Origin: Botryllus schlosseri
Lineage: Eukaryota
Direction: 5' to 3'
Assembly: GCA_051294905.1 (NCBI GenBank)
Contig: CM119371.1
Coordinates: 8,620,001-8,684,000 of the forward strand
DNA: 64,000 nt
A program made the position numbers and the translations under genes. Positions 37,101 through 48,886 of the stretch are shown here, one piece after another. Numbering within the stretch: the stretch's first letter is position 1; every line of letters starts with the position of its first letter. The notes under the pieces were generated by a model. It was not told where the DNA came from and did not search any database. It was given only the letters and a program-made list of their open reading frames with translations.

Positions 37101-39983
37101 ACACTGACCCGTATATTTTCGGCTTAAACTCGTCAGGAATAATCGTCCGAAACTCGTAGAGAATTGGGAAGAAAATAGTATATCAACAATCGTATAACAG
37201 AATATGACGTCACCAGCCTGAAATTTCGAATGCGAGAGCATCCAATGTACTGTTTTTAGATGGTACATGAACTCTTTTTGTTGACACAGCCTTGGCTGGT
37301 GTATTTTGATACTGGTTGATCTACTAGTTCTCTTCTAGTTGGAGACGATTACCCCTGGCGAGTGTCAACCGAAAATATTCGGATTCATTTTAATATGAAT
37401 ATACTATTAAAAAAATATATATCAATAAATGCGGATATGACAATAGAAACGTCTTTGCGTTACATTTACTAGTACCGTGGTTCTCAACCTTTTTGACCTC
37501 GCGCCACTCTTTGAAAATGAAAAATAGTTCGCGGCACACTAGCACAGTGGTTCGGAACATTTTTTGACTTACGGCAGCTGCAAACTACCAGAACATTTAG
37601 CACAGTGGTTCCCAACCTTTTTGTCTTCATTCCCCACTTCAGATTTATTCCGAGCCTTCATTCTCCACCAGGACCGTAACAGCACCTCGTCAGCCCACCA
37701 AAAATTATTGGTCTTGGGCTACCCACATGGTGATAAACCCAACTTCTGGGGGGAGGGCTTCGAACCCCGTCAGTCCCCTGAGTCGGTACCCTTTTCCCTG
37801 TTACTTATCAGCTACATTTGGTCTACTGTTTAGTGCGTCGCCTTATTTCGACTAAACGCGCGAAGCGCGAAAAATTTATATAATTCATGTTTGAATCGGT
37901 CAATATTGTATGTAATTGCATATATCTTGCTATCAATTTCTTATCCCCTCTCTGCTCACGTAATTAGATTTACCGGTAGCGCTGAGTGAGGTGTGTTGGA
38001 AAAGGTAGGACCCCTAAATAAGAATTGAACATCTTCGGGCGGACCCGTTGGTATATTGACTTCGTTACATTATGCTATTTCGTGACCTCCTATATATGTC
38101 AAAAGATTTGGAAATCGCCCAAACTAAAAGGCATACACGATTTCAAATTGGTGTTGCTTTACTGACAAATAATTTTTCCCTGCGGGATGGCATATGTCCT
38201 GTGGGATTCAGATCGCCAGGACAGGAACATTTGTCGCCAGCCATTTAGCCGCCTATGGACAATTAATCATATAAGTATATTGTATATGTATCAAAGTTTT
38301 CGGTCACCACAAGGGCATTCCTTCTCGGCCAAGGCCTTCTCGCTACTGATCGTTCATAAGCCTTGGTGCGTCGCGGCGCAGTAATGACCGACGCCGAAGT
38401 CTCCATTTCTATAAATTCTACGGATTTTCGTGGGGGAAGGGTACCCAATAATCAAGATATTCGGCAATATTAAATCACGCACCCAGCGCAAAATATATTT
38501 TGCAAAAGTGGCATAAATTTAAAAAAAAAAACTCTATTATTTATGTTAATTCACGAAATAATTTTGGACCTATTCGAGCTCGCCCTTCCCCAATTGAGGG
38601 GTTTGGCGTGCGGCAGTTACGGTCCTGTTCCCCAATACCCAACACTTTTATCATCACAGAGCAGCTATTTGCTGGTTTGACTACACAAGACACACAACCA
38701 CACCAGTACGCAAGACAATCGCCTATAACTGCAACATAAAACGTGCTGTGAGCCGATTTTTCCGAAAGCGTTATTTCACGTCAAACTGTCGTTCTGGATG
38801 CGTTTGTGACGCCACCATTGGCCATCCATAGTTGAAAATGAGGTTTTGTGAACAATGCGCAATGTAATTTTCGATATATACATTCCAGAGCAGTTAACTG
38901 GTAACGGTAATTGCGCATGTGTCTCCGTCAATATGTAGACTGTCCTGTATATAATTTTGAACAAATGCGTCTCTTCCCCACCAGAAACCATTGAATTCCC
39001 CACCAGAATACATTGAATTTCCCACCAGTCGGGAATTCCCCACCGTTTGGGAACCACTGATTTAGCAGAACCCACAGTAGTAATGAGGTGATCTCTGACG
39101 AAGTACTTCTACCTTTTCGCAGCACGATGTTTCAACGAGATCGCAGCAGGTCAGTTATGTTTTAGCAGAGGTAATAGCTAAAAATTAAAAACCTTGCACC
39201 GAAACAGCGGGAGTTGTTCTTCTGAATTGCACTAGAACTGTAAACAAATGTTTGCGACCATAGCTGTGGAAGAAAGGAAAACGATTCCAATGTCTAATGA
39301 TACTACGTATACTTATTTGTGACATGTCCGCCGATATAGAAGATACCGTAATTTCTTCTCTGGAGCGGAGCAAAGTCTGCTTCAGTGTTCCGAAAAAGGT
39401 AGAAGTATTCGTCAGAGACCACCCGTTAATGTTTGTTATTCAAGTTTGCAAACTTGAACATCACTTCCAAAGGATTTCATTTCTCGCTGGTGATTAGGAA
39501 GACAACGAGGATTTGAAAACTGCAGTGTCACGTAGGCGCCGCCATAACTGCTATCCTCTGCGATCAGCAACCGTGCTGTGCAAACCTGAATTCAGTCCTT
39601 AAAGCACGCGATGGCATGGCAGGAATTTTGATTTGTCATATGTACAAACTTCACATCAAGTCTGATTTAGAATATTGATCCTTTGCTATAGACCAGAAGT
39701 ATTTTGCACATAATTTCAAATCTCTCGCGGCACACTTGCGAGACGTAAATGGCACACTAGTGTGCCGCGGCACACCGGTTGAGAACCACTGTACTAGTAT
39801 TAGGTCACGCAGAGTACGAATATTGTTATATCTAGCTAATTCGGAAAATATTTTATATGGATAAATTCGAAAAAATGAATAAGAACTGCTCTATTTCAGT
39901 GTTTACTTACCGCTTTCCCCGGGTGGTAATGATGTAGGCACATCAGCGACATCGTGACCTCCTTCGACGCCTTCTTCCGCCAT
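9182..39983 (-). CDS. Multi-exon NLR-like gene (RHIM-like N-terminus, NACHT, degenerate LRR); 3' end uncertain; possible frameshift near 24595
   Basis: GT-AG exons read by hand with compatible phases: 39983-39911, 36029-35892, 24655-23214, 20562-20258, then probably 12960-12859, 10621-10541, 10380-10213, 9934-9739, 9233-9182. NACHT motifs are unambiguous. Confidence 0.8.
9395..9700 (+). mobile_element. SINE family A (tRNA-like head, CAAC-type tail); other copies at ~3085-3205 (-), ~13600-13760 (+), 25708-25835 (+)
   Basis: B-box-like GGATTCGAGTCC; shared body ...gggccgtgctacaagtcggcagctacggaa...cctggtgtaaatgaccatagtagt...; ends caaacaacaac. Confidence 0.75.
9739..9934 (-). CDS. NLR degenerate LRR exon (IEYIRC...NSNLKKISLIHTS...ELEVLK)
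   Basis: Acceptor ccaccgcag|, donor G|gttagt, phase 0-1, inside ORF 9734..10006. Confidence 0.65.
10213..10380 (-). CDS. NLR degenerate LRR exon (VGLLDIAVNGQISTDDYKRIL...ACQQKK)
   Basis: 168 nt open, phase 0-0, acceptor catttaag|, donor AAG|gtatag. Confidence 0.65.
10541..10621 (-). CDS. NLR C-terminal (LRR-sized) exon MSKILLDCTQEENVDWSLIETNLEKYQ
   Basis: 81 nt, phase 0-0, acceptor gttcag|, donor |gtacga. Confidence 0.65.
10887..11310. mobile_element. hAT MITE
   Basis: TIR CAGGGGCGGGCAAC / GTTGCCCGTCCCTG; TSD agttagaa/agttcgaa. Confidence 0.85.
12190..12342 (-). CDS. Possible NLR exon (DSNLYFYRIH...ECKLEK); boundaries uncertain
   Basis: Acceptor ttgtcacag|, donor AAG|gtataa, inside ORF 12184..12411. 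An upstream acceptor at 12538 reads into stops. Confidence 0.35.
12859..12960 (-). CDS. Probable NLR exon (VVELTVGGWYVELKNEEEVIKISGRVVEGHFNTK)
   Basis: Acceptor tattcag|, 102 nt open in phase 0-0; donor gttgga is weak. Confidence 0.45.
13227..13510 (-). pseudogene. Possible hAT transposase C-terminal remnant
   Basis: ORF ...HLSAGLNISQYVDEDPEPRII resembles the region preceding the hAT dimerisation domain; judged by eye only. Confidence 0.3.
13926..18215 (+). repeat. Tandem duplication: unit 1 13926-17063 (with Chapaev3 inserted), unit 2 17064-18215
   Basis: Both units start ctagcgactatgac(a/t)tacccaatcgcgag and are collinear for ~1.15 kb with few differences. Confidence 0.92.
14479..16453 (+). 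mobile_element. Chapaev3 (CMC) DNA transposon, decayed
   Basis: CAC...GTG termini, TAA TSD. Broken transposase PPLHIKLGLIKQFVKAL...SEAK..GVFIGPQI...EQG.RLHQDI...RYQG...MMGDYVW at ~14996-15510. Right end internally duplicated. Confidence 0.85.
18002..18875. mobile_element. hAT MITE with GACTCGAGTCAAGTC subterminal repeats (same family as 36168-37106; truncated copy 16834-17063)
   Basis: TIR CAGTGTTG / CAACACTG; perfect TSD gcttatta. Confidence 0.9.
19420..19652 (-). mobile_element. tRNA-derived SINE family B (MetaSINE-like central domain)
   Basis: Minus strand: A box TAGTGTAATGG, B box GGTTCAATCC, followed by GGTCAAACCACAGACTGGAAAACTGGTATCC...GCTAGGCGCTCAGCA. Confidence 0.75.
20258..20562 (-). 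CDS. NLR HD2/first LRR exon
   Basis: Phase-1 acceptor matches the NACHT exon donor; LRR motif LKCLNLSYCNINDELLAII; donor CAA|gtgagt. Confidence 0.85.
21690..22255 (-). repeat. Diverged inverted copy of 17715-18001 + 18876-19150 (lacks the MITE)
   Basis: Reverse complement matches, e.g. gttgcatcgat...ggcccaagatcagtgtt, gaaaccagatgc, atcagcttc. Confidence 0.75.
23214..24655 (-). CDS. NLR NACHT NTPase + HD1/WHD exon
   Basis: ORF 23140..24534 shows Walker A ASAGSGKTT, Walker B LFFDGLDQ, sensor-1 ISSR, PVFL and WHD FCHQSMQEFLAA. Acceptor ttttacag| at 24656-57, donor G|gtgag at 23213. Confidence 0.95.
25081..25121 (+). repeat. (AC)n(AT)n compound microsatellite
   Basis: Direct reading. Confidence 0.95.
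25708..25835 (+). mobile_element. 5'-truncated SINE family A inserted in the LINE endonuclease domain
   Basis: 17-bp TSD aaccagggggtcaacta at 25691-707 and 25836-852; (CAAC)n tail. Confidence 0.9.
26766..28697. mobile_element. hAT (Charlie-type) non-autonomous element inserted in the LINE between EN and RT
   Basis: TIR CAGTGATTCCCAACC / GGTTGGGAACCACTG; perfect TSD atctagat. Confidence 0.92.
30613..31775. mobile_element. hAT (Tip100-like) non-autonomous element splitting the LINE RNase H domain
   Basis: TIR (T/C)AGTGGCGGCTCGT; perfect TSD gaagcaaa; RNase H reading resumes (EAKAILHAL) after removal. Confidence 0.92.
35064..35462. mobile_element. hAT MITE (TAGGG ends)
   Basis: TIR TAGGGCTGTT(A/C)AAAA; perfect TSD ctggacaa. 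Confidence 0.9.
35892..36029 (-). CDS. NLR exon encoding RHIM-like motif (GSATLADGGIANLQLIKSTVNIVAGDRNYVTNNMMNAEREASTVDQ)
   Basis: 138 nt, phase 1-1, acceptor tcttgtgactcag|, donor |gtgagt; lies inside ORF 35572..36075. Confidence 0.75.
36168..37106. mobile_element. hAT MITE with GACTCGAGTCAAGTC repeats
   Basis: TIR CAGTGTTGGGAT / ATCCCAACACTG; perfect TSD acccgtat. Confidence 0.92.
37475..39791 (+). mobile_element. Charlie/Buster-type hAT remnant with nested MITE
   Basis: TIR C(C/A)GTGGTTCTCAACC; TSD tactagta. Decayed transposase ~39150-39390 (SYVLAEVIAK...IPMSNDT...DMSADIEDTVISSL) of the ZBED5/Buster type. Confidence 0.85.
37603..39059. mobile_element. hAT MITE (same family as 60432-61492)
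   Basis: TIR CAGTGGTTCCCAA; perfect TSD atttagca. Confidence 0.92.
39911..39983 (-). CDS. NLR first coding exon (MAEEGVEGGHDVADVPTSLPPGES)
   Basis: Acceptor cattttcag just above 40027, ATG in context atcATGG, strong donor G|gtaagt; phase 1 matches the next exon. Confidence 0.7.
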
Positions 39984-42354
39984 GATAACGATCATGTGAT
40001 ATTAAATAGGTACTATACCAAGCAATGCTGAAAATGTAAGAACAAAAAACAGAATATTTGATCATTTTAATCAATAGATTCGAATTGATTTTTAGATTGC
40101 CTAAAAGCGCAGCACAATGTATGACTCAACATCAATTACTATATAATCAAAGTCGTCGCAATCTGTATATCCTTCAGCGTGATTTGAAATAATAGTATTT
40201 ACGTTCGGAAATTTCGTCACTTCGCCATGACCCGAAACCGTCTTCCTGGCATCGCTCAGAGAAGAGTGAAGTTTCTTACATATCTATATATATATTCCAA
40301 ACCAGACTCCAACGTTCCGCAGTCTTGGCCTCGTTCGCGGTATTGTATTTACCAAGTGATTTTACATGGCGCGAGAGAAATAATACACTGTAAATCCGCA
40401 AGGTCGTATTGAACACTTCATAACACTTTTTTCTGCGTACAGACACACTTTTTGGGCATATAAACGCATTGGGCCATTATCGTCGCAACGCTTCTGCGTA
40501 TTTCTCCGTTTACATGTAACACTTCGCCACTGCGGCTTATTTTCAAGAAAATTTATACTTGGTAATTTATCATCAATTTTGCATTCATAAACCATCGCTA
40601 CGTTTGGATATCACATTAAATCATGGTATATGTAAAATAATATTACTCATTTGACCCAACACTCAGTTTAAGGGTTTTATTTCAATGAAATATACATATT
40701 TCCCTGTGACGAAGAGGGGTCCCAACCTTCGTTACGGTAGAGCGCACTCGATTTCAGTTTGGATTTGAATTGGTGGTTCGTCGGGCTTCAGGCAGAGAGT
40801 AGGGTACACGAAAAAACTTGTCGAAATGGATATATTGAAGCAGTTTCTGCTACCTGATGGCGTAAAGGATCATAACATCCATGTACTGTAAGGTATGGAA
40901 ATGCGGTAAATGTTATTGAATGTATGTAATGTGAGAATAGTCATAAAATTAACTCGTTTTGACATTGCAGTAACGTCGTTTGTTTTAGATGTTTTAGCAG
41001 GCTACTGATATCCCTTATTCATATGAATGTTCTTTAGATGTTTTGTAGTATATGATTCGTCTGATATTATTGCTGGATGATCGAGCTTTGAATCTGATAA
41101 TATATCAGGCTGCGACCAGGTCCAGTACTACGGTACTGATGGGAAGCTGCTATAAAAGTAACTTTTTTGACATATGGATAAAGGGATGTTCTCTCTATCC
41201 ACACTGAAATATCACTATGTAGGCGATATTGTGGTCCATTGTGGACAAGTACTGCAATGTCAGCAATTGAATGCCGGTATGACAGTCATGCAACGGTTTT
41301 GATTGTTTTTCAACTGCAACACATTTTACACTGTAGGCCTACTGTTTATTTCAAGTGGTAAGGTGTTAACTAAAGCGATTTTTTTTGAAATGTCAAAATA
41401 GGTCAGAATTTTGTCAAAATTGTACCGTTAGGTCAAACATTGCCAAAATTCTTTACAAAATCAAAATTTTGTTGGCAACTTGCATTTTGTTTGTATCATA
41501 GATGATTGCACTGTCGGTGAACTTATCATTTTACAATTTACATCTTGTAGCCTACTTTATAGTCCTACCGTTGTAGACGGACCATCGTCTGCTCATTGTG
41601 AATCATAAACTGTCAAATGAAACAAATACTCAACGTAGCCTATTGCACTATCCTAACTGAATCAAGACTGCGTGGGCATTGGTTCTTCTATTAGAAACCG
41701 TATGATGAATAATTGCGATGTAGACAACTTTGTCATAATGAGAGAGAGAGTGCAGTGTACGCACAACTTAAGTGTTGCCGGCCAACAACTGCAGCTGGTG
41801 AACGTTCTTTCTTCATTCTTGCCAAGCTACTTAGTTAGGACAGACACTTTCTACCCGAAAATGTAGGAAAGTATCTTTCGTTGTTGTACTACAACAAATT
41901 TTTAATTATTTCTACCATAATACGAGATGTAACTAATACTAGAATTATTCATGGGTCCAGATTTCGATAAAATAAGTTCTTTCTCATGTAAAAATTTGTC
42001 AATTTTCATGCTAAAAGATTTTTTCAGGTCAAATTACTTCGGAAGAACAGACAGCTCCAGCCAGAAATAAAGATGAGTTCCGGTAATACAATTCTAACAC
42101 TATGTGAGAAACACCTAATTTAAGTACATGGGGTCAAAATTAAGTTTTTCATCATCAAAATATGTGTGAATTTGAATTTTTTAGTCATAATCTTACTTTT
42201 TTAGGTCCAAAAAAATCGCCCCAATAATAACACAGCCAAACAAACAATCTTTTCAACAAACCATGGATCACAAGGGGTAGTATTTGTTTTGCCCAATCCC
42301 CAAATTTGACTTTTCTGAGTTTATTGTGATACGGTAACTGAACTAAACTCTATT

Positions 42355-44395
42355 TTGCAGGTAGTATGTATTGAACTTGGCACCTTTTTGAAATGCATTT
42401 GCTGTATGGAATACTGGTAAGCATCACGGTGTTTTGTAAGTGAACTGGTATATCCTTAGAGAATGAATTTGATTCTGTTGCAATCGGTTATCTTTGTGAT
42501 AAAGATTTTTATGAAAGTTTGCTGGTAAAATTTCACAAAAATTGTTAACAATCGAGGAAGTATACTAACTGTGCCAGAGTAAAATTGGTGGTAACGTCAT
42601 GTGCAACTTTCCATTCCATTACTCAATTATTCTATGAAATACACCCTTCTGTCACGCACAACTTATTGCAGAAAAAAAAAAACTGTATCCAGTATGATAT
42701 CTGCGTGATTACTGAGCAGTTCATTTGTATTGCGAATTTTGGCAACAAATATTTCTTTTCAATAGTCTTGGATTGATCCTCAAATTCGTTCAACTGATGT
42801 CCACTCTTTAAAAAGAGCCCCCTGGGTCTACCGTGCCTGCGCTATCAGACAATGTTGACAGTGACGTGAGGAGTCGTTCGTAACGGGTTTTGTGCCGGCA
42901 CAGTCATCTTATGTGATACAGACCTTTGTCTCAAGAGCCCATGTATACATGTGATTATGTAAGCCTATTTTTTCATTTTATATATCACCATTGATTATGT
43001 AATTTGCTGGTTTTTGCAGTCCTACTTATCTCACGAACTATCTCGCAGAGTAGCTTACGGGCTATTCCATATGAGCTGAAAAAGGCTTCATCTGTGTACA
43101 TTGTACAGTACACTGAACACTGAACAGAGATGTAGTTGAACGTAATGAGCTCGTGTAACTTGTACTTTCACTATTGCTTACTGAACTATAATGGGCTAGG
43201 TCAGTGGTTCTCAACCTGAGGGGCTGAGCACCTCTCCTGCGCTTCTGTAACCTATCTGTGTGAAATATTTATATTTACTTCTGCATCAAATTTACAATTT
43301 TCCTTTGTAATGTTTCGTATTTTCTAGGAGCAGCATTTGGATTTGACCAGTAAAAAAAAGATCCGCTATGGCACGCCACGAATCAGGGACTCATCAAGCC
43401 TGGGTTGCCGGCTGATGGAAAGAATATGAAAAATGCCCTAATGTGCAGGTAGTATGTATTGCAATTGGCACCTTCTTGAAATGCATTTGTTGTTTAAAAT
43501 ACTGGTAAGCATCGCGGTATTTCGTAAGTAAACTGGTATATCCTTAGATAATGAATTTGATTCTGCTGCATTCGGTTATTTTTATGAATGTTTGCTGGTA
43601 AAATTCCACTAAAATGATTAACAATCCAGGAAAGTATGCTACTCGTGCTGTAGTAAAATTGGTGGTACGGTCACATGCAACTTTCCATTACATTAATTAT
43701 TTGTTCTATGAAAGACACCCTTTTGTCACATACAAATGTATCCAGTGTGATATCTGCGTAATACTGAATGCCGGTGACGTCATATTTTGTGATACGATTT
43801 TTGATGTACAACGTTCTTTCGAGTTCTCTACTAGTTGCTAACGATTACCCCTGACGAGTCTCAGCCGAAAATATTCGGGCTCATTTCAATATGCATATAC
43901 TATTCAATTTTATATTGAAGTTTTGCACCTCGAAGAAGCTGTTCGAATATTGAATAGTTCCCTTGTATTGCAAATTTTTGAAACAAGTATTTTCTTTTCA
44001 ACAGTCTTGGATTGATCTTCAAATTCATCCAACTGGTGTCGACTCTTCGAAGAGACCCCCTGGTTCTACCGTGCCTGTGCTAACAGACAATGTTGATAGT
44101 GACGTGAGGAGTCATCTGAACGGATTTTGTGCCGGTGCAGTCATCTTTTGCGATAATACTTTTGCCTCAAGAACCCATGGAAACATGTGATCATGTAAGT
44201 CTATTTATTCATTTCATATATCACCATTGATCATGTAATGTGCTGGTTTTTGCAGTCCTAATTTTCTTAATAACTATCTATACATGCGATATTAGCTGAA
44301 GAGAGGCATGATCTGTGTACATTGAACAGAGGTGTTCTTGAATGTAAAGAGCTGGGGTAACTTGTATTTAAACTACTGCTTACTGAACTATACTT
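42355..44395 (+). repeat. Diverged tandem duplication (~42355-43195 and ~43445-44395) separated by a MITE fragment
   Basis: Both copies start tgcaggtagtatgtattg...ggcacct and end actattgcttactgaactata-like. Confidence 0.85.
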
Positions 44396-44607
44396 GGAAC
44401 ATCAAATTGAGATCATTTCCCATGTCGTGCTAATTCCAAATAATTTCGTTAATTAAATTTAATCAGGAAGGAAGTATTTTGAAAGATTGGGAACAATTAC
44501 AATTACTGCAATGAAGGAAAATTATTCAACACCTTCGATGAGATGTCACAAAGTTTTTTGTACTAAAGACAATCAATGTGTCCTTTGTCTGGTCAATTAT
44601 TGTAATG

Positions 44608-46066
44608 CAGTGGTTCCCAACCGGGGAGGAATTCCCCCCTTGGGGGGAATTTTGCAATTTTAGGGAGGAATTCCACTTTAGAATTGTAACGGATTTCCCA
44701 AATTGTTCATGTCCGAACTGTCATGTAGTCAACTAGGTATATTCGAACGTATGCTCGTTATGGCTGTGTTTTGTTTGCTGAAAGTATGTTCAAATGCTAT
44801 TTGAAATCATATTTAATTCCCCCCCTTTTTTGAAACTAGTTCAGATGTGCTGCAGTTCGCACGACAATTTTGTAGGTCAGCGACGGCCTCTCAATCAAAT
44901 ATATCCTAAGCGAGCAAATGTCATGCCGAATCTATCACAACAAGGCCTCATAGTGAAAGTATTTATCTGATATTTTCAAGTCAACATTTTCAGACAGTGA
45001 CAAAATATTCCAACGTCATCGATTCGAGTCAAAGAGATCGCTAGCCTTGGTTTATTTTTAGTGAACAGCTACCTGATCGAAAAAGACATGTTAAACTTTA
45101 TTTGTGCATTGTTGCCGAAACGTAATGGATGTCCTAAATTTCAACGAGCTCCAGCAGGGAATCTGATCACGCGCATGTTATATATCAGGGCTCTAACCAA
45201 GTCACGAGGCTCCGAGTCACAATCAATCTCACTTTCATAATTTTGACTCGAGTCAAGTCCGTTTTACCATTGATTCAAGTCCGAGTCCAAGTCACCGAGC
45301 AAAGGGTCGAGTCCGAGTCATGGTATTATGACTCGAGTCCGAGTCCAAGTCACACTCAAGTCAACACTGTTTGGTGATATTGAATGATTTGGATTTATGA
45401 TATACTAATTTTCCTCACTTTGAGCAGTTTCTTGTCGCATTGTCAAGTACCATGATCAATAGACGAAATTCCAATAGGATGGTCACTTTACTGTTCTTCT
45501 AAATTACAATGGAATGTCGGTCTTGGCCGTCTTATAGTCTCGAGTCGTATGGCTTGGTTCGAGTCATGCACAATGACTCGAGTCCAAGTCGAGTCAATAC
45601 CCAGATTGTCTCGAGTCGAGTCGTTTCCGTATTTTGAGCAAATGACTCGCGAGTCATCAGAAAATCGTGACTCGAGTCTGAGTCGCGTCTGGTCAACCCT
45701 GCTATATATGAAAGTACCAATAGTATAGGCCAAATGCATACGCAAGCTTGAGCAAAAAATCGCGAGACCAGTAAATTTATGAATACTGATTTTTCACAGC
45801 AGTTATATTAGCGATTGGTGCATGGTAAGCCGAAAACACAAATGGAAGTGTGAGGGTCAAGTGAGTCAAGCCTTCCAGAATTTGTTTGATTGGGACGAAG
45901 ACCCTTGTTTTTGGAGGTCTACAAAGTGTTGTTACAGTACTGCTAGAAACAAACACTCGGTACCGCCCGTCTTATTCTCTCAGTCAACAGCTTTTTCCTA
46001 AGGGGGGAATTTTGGCTTAAATTTCGGCCAAGGGAGGCACGAGATGAAAAAGGTTGAGAACCACTG
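44608..46066. mobile_element. hAT MITE with nested MITE 45186-45701
   Basis: TIR CAGTGGTTC(C/T)CAACC; perfect TSD ttgtaatg. Inner element CAGGG...CCCTG with TSD ttatatat/ctatatat. Confidence 0.9.
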
Positions 46067-46827
46067 TTGTAATGGAAATCCAAACCCATAGGAATAACGA
46101 TTCTACTATATTTATTTTCGGATCTTGTTTGCAATCAATTACATTTTCAGCAAAACGAGGTTGATGAAGTCAACTGTCTTCTTCTCCAAGCCAAATTGAG
46201 AGACAAGCTAATACAATCCAAGACCCAAGCGCATGTCTTATTGAAACAGGTATCGTAATCTTTCTGTTTTGTGGACCATACAAATTTACATAGACCGTTC
46301 GTAGACGTACATAGACGTTCTGCTATAAATTTCATTCTGAGTTACAGTTCTGCATTCTCACTGTGGCATGTGCGTCTGAATGTCAATGTAAATGTCAAAA
46401 TGGCCGAAATGAAAAAAGCGCAGACCTCATTCAAGATATTTTTATTAGTCGTTATGCGAATTTTAGTCCTTCTCAGTGATAGGATTTCACATGTACCCGA
46501 GCGTACATATATATATATGTACCCGAGCGCCTTTCCTGCGCTTGTGTAACCTGCATGTGTGAAATATTTATATTTATTTTTGCATAAAATTTAGAATTTT
46601 CATTGACATATTCAAAACTTTGGAATTTAATCACATTTTCAAGGAGCACAACTTGGAGTCGACCAGTAGAAAAGAAGCAAACACCATGGCACGCCACGAA
46701 TCAGAGATTGACCGATCCTGGATTGCAGCTGATGCCAAGAATATAAAACTGCTTCAGTGAAAATGAAGTATTCAGAAACATTGTTGACGTTTTGAGCTAC
46801 TATGCATTGGATTGTCATACCCTGAAG

Positions 46828-47112
46828 GAGTGGTTCTCAAACAGGAGAAAGCATTTGAAGGGGCGTGAACCCGCTGTCAACTAAAATCTTTTTCGCTCAT
46901 GGCAGCTTCTACTTATTTCTCTGTGTATGGTCAGAATTTAATATTTGAATATTCTCTCATCAACAACTATTACCGTCACTGCCATCCAACTATCAGTTGG
47001 GATTTCTAGCGTTCTGGTTGCTTTTTTTAATTTCATGATACGACGATAAGGAGTGTGTGAAATTTTTTTGCTATCATAACGGGGCGTGTCCAAATATGTT
47101 TAAGAACCAGTG
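46828..47112. mobile_element. Old hAT MITE
   Basis: Degenerate TIR gagtggttctcaaaca / tgtttaagaaccagtg; TSD ccctgaag/ccctaatg. Confidence 0.55.
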
Positions 47113-48692
47113 CCCTAATGACTTCCATATTTCATATTTTGCAGCAGACTGGCAAATAACAACAAAATCTTTTCTGTAAATCTGCAAAATTTCTATGGAC
47201 TCAAAGAAACGATTTCTTTGTTATTTAAACAAAAGTGATTGGCATTAACCTGATATAAATCCTTGTAATGCAAGCCCAAGAATATTTGTGATGCCTGGTT
47301 AGCAGGCCCAATTTCATTGAGAGTAAAAAAATACTTTGTTACTTGTTTATCGTGGTAGTGGTAGTGAAACTGATATATTCATTGTTTGTTTTTTTACAAT
47401 AAAATTAGAAATTTACAATCCATAATTTGATCAATTATAAATATGTTTTAATGATTTGTGTTGATCATGTTTTCCGTTAACGGACGTAACCAATGAATTT
47501 GATTCCATGCCTTTGTCACGAATGATACTAAATGATATTTTGTTATCACTATCCCTAATTCCCTATGCATTCATTTTCATGATTGAACGAGTTGCATGAT
47601 ATTTGTAGGGAGTTTGCTCTTGATCATTTGTGATGTTTGTGATTTCATGGACTATTCCGGAAACGGTTTCAACTGCTGATCTGAATTTATGAAACCCTGT
47701 CACAGCAGCTATTGGAAATTTCAATGTTTGCACGTATTTAATCACCCAGGTTGGGTATCATAAGCGTCATCTTTTCATGAATCAATAAAATCTGATTTTA
47801 TTTTGAGCCCTGCGTTCCGGTGACTAGTCAACCAGCCACTTTGAGGCTGAACACTTTTTAGGTAAACACTTTTAATTTAAACACTTCGCAACACTTCTAG
47901 GCGTTCAATTTTTGGATCACGTTTCGTGTTCAATTTTCCGGGTTGAGCAACACTTCAGAATTTACAGTGTATATGTTCTCATATAAGTTTTTCGTATGAG
48001 CTATAGGCGATCCATTCGTCTTTTAATGTTATTTATCCCTAGTTTACAGCAACAGCATCGACCGCGTCGAACTGGAGAATGAGTTGGTTAGATCTGTGCT
48101 TTTGATAACCTCTTTATATATTGCGCGCAGTCGCATCGTAAATACGGGTTGTTCGTACGCGCTATGCAGGCCACATGAATTTGTCCTTGAACGAATTATC
48201 GCATGCATGTCGTCGTTATTATCTGAAAATGCTGTGTTAAGCAGAAGCACAAATTCAAAAATGCTGTTCACAATCGCACTGATTCACGGTGGCACCGATT
48301 TCCAGTTCCGTCTCTACAGTAGCCGCCACTATCCCAGCGTATACCACGTTATGAATAAGCCGCGGGAATAGAAAACTGGTTGCCGCATTTAATTTTACCC
48401 CATCACAACTTTGCCGATGGCAGGCGCATGAAGCAGCCGTCTAACGCACCATTACGGTACCAGCACCCACGAAGTACTAACATCGGAGATGCTTCCGAGT
48501 AGAACCCTCACCACATCGCCACAGTAGCAGCAAATTATACCGTAAAGCTACTACCACCCTCGATGCTATGTTGAATAATGAAATTGAAAAACATAATTAT
48601 TACTGTTGGCGATATCTGGATTAAGATATATCTATATTAATAAATATAAATTGACGCTTGTATTGCCACTGATTGTGAGCGTACGTTATGAG

Positions 48693-48886
48693 CAATGTTT
48701 CCTCTAAGCTGCGCACGTGCGCAAATGCGCAATGCTGACATGGTCTCTGCGCACAGCAAATCTAAGTTGCGCACAAAAAAATCCGTAGTGATGACCTATT
48801 TTTAATCGTTACGCAATGTTGTTCAAGGGTCTGGGCATTGAGTTGGTGAGTGTGCGCAGACTCGTCAACAATTAGAGGGAACATTG
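48693..48886. mobile_element. Small hAT MITE
   Basis: TIR CAATGTT(T/C)CCTCTAA; TSD gttatgag/ttcatgag. Confidence 0.75.

Noticed and set aside
36168..37106. GACTCGAGTCAAGTC arrays resembling CRISPR repeats or a satellite
   Set aside because: No unique spacers of regular length; they are subterminal repeats of MITEs in a eukaryotic context.
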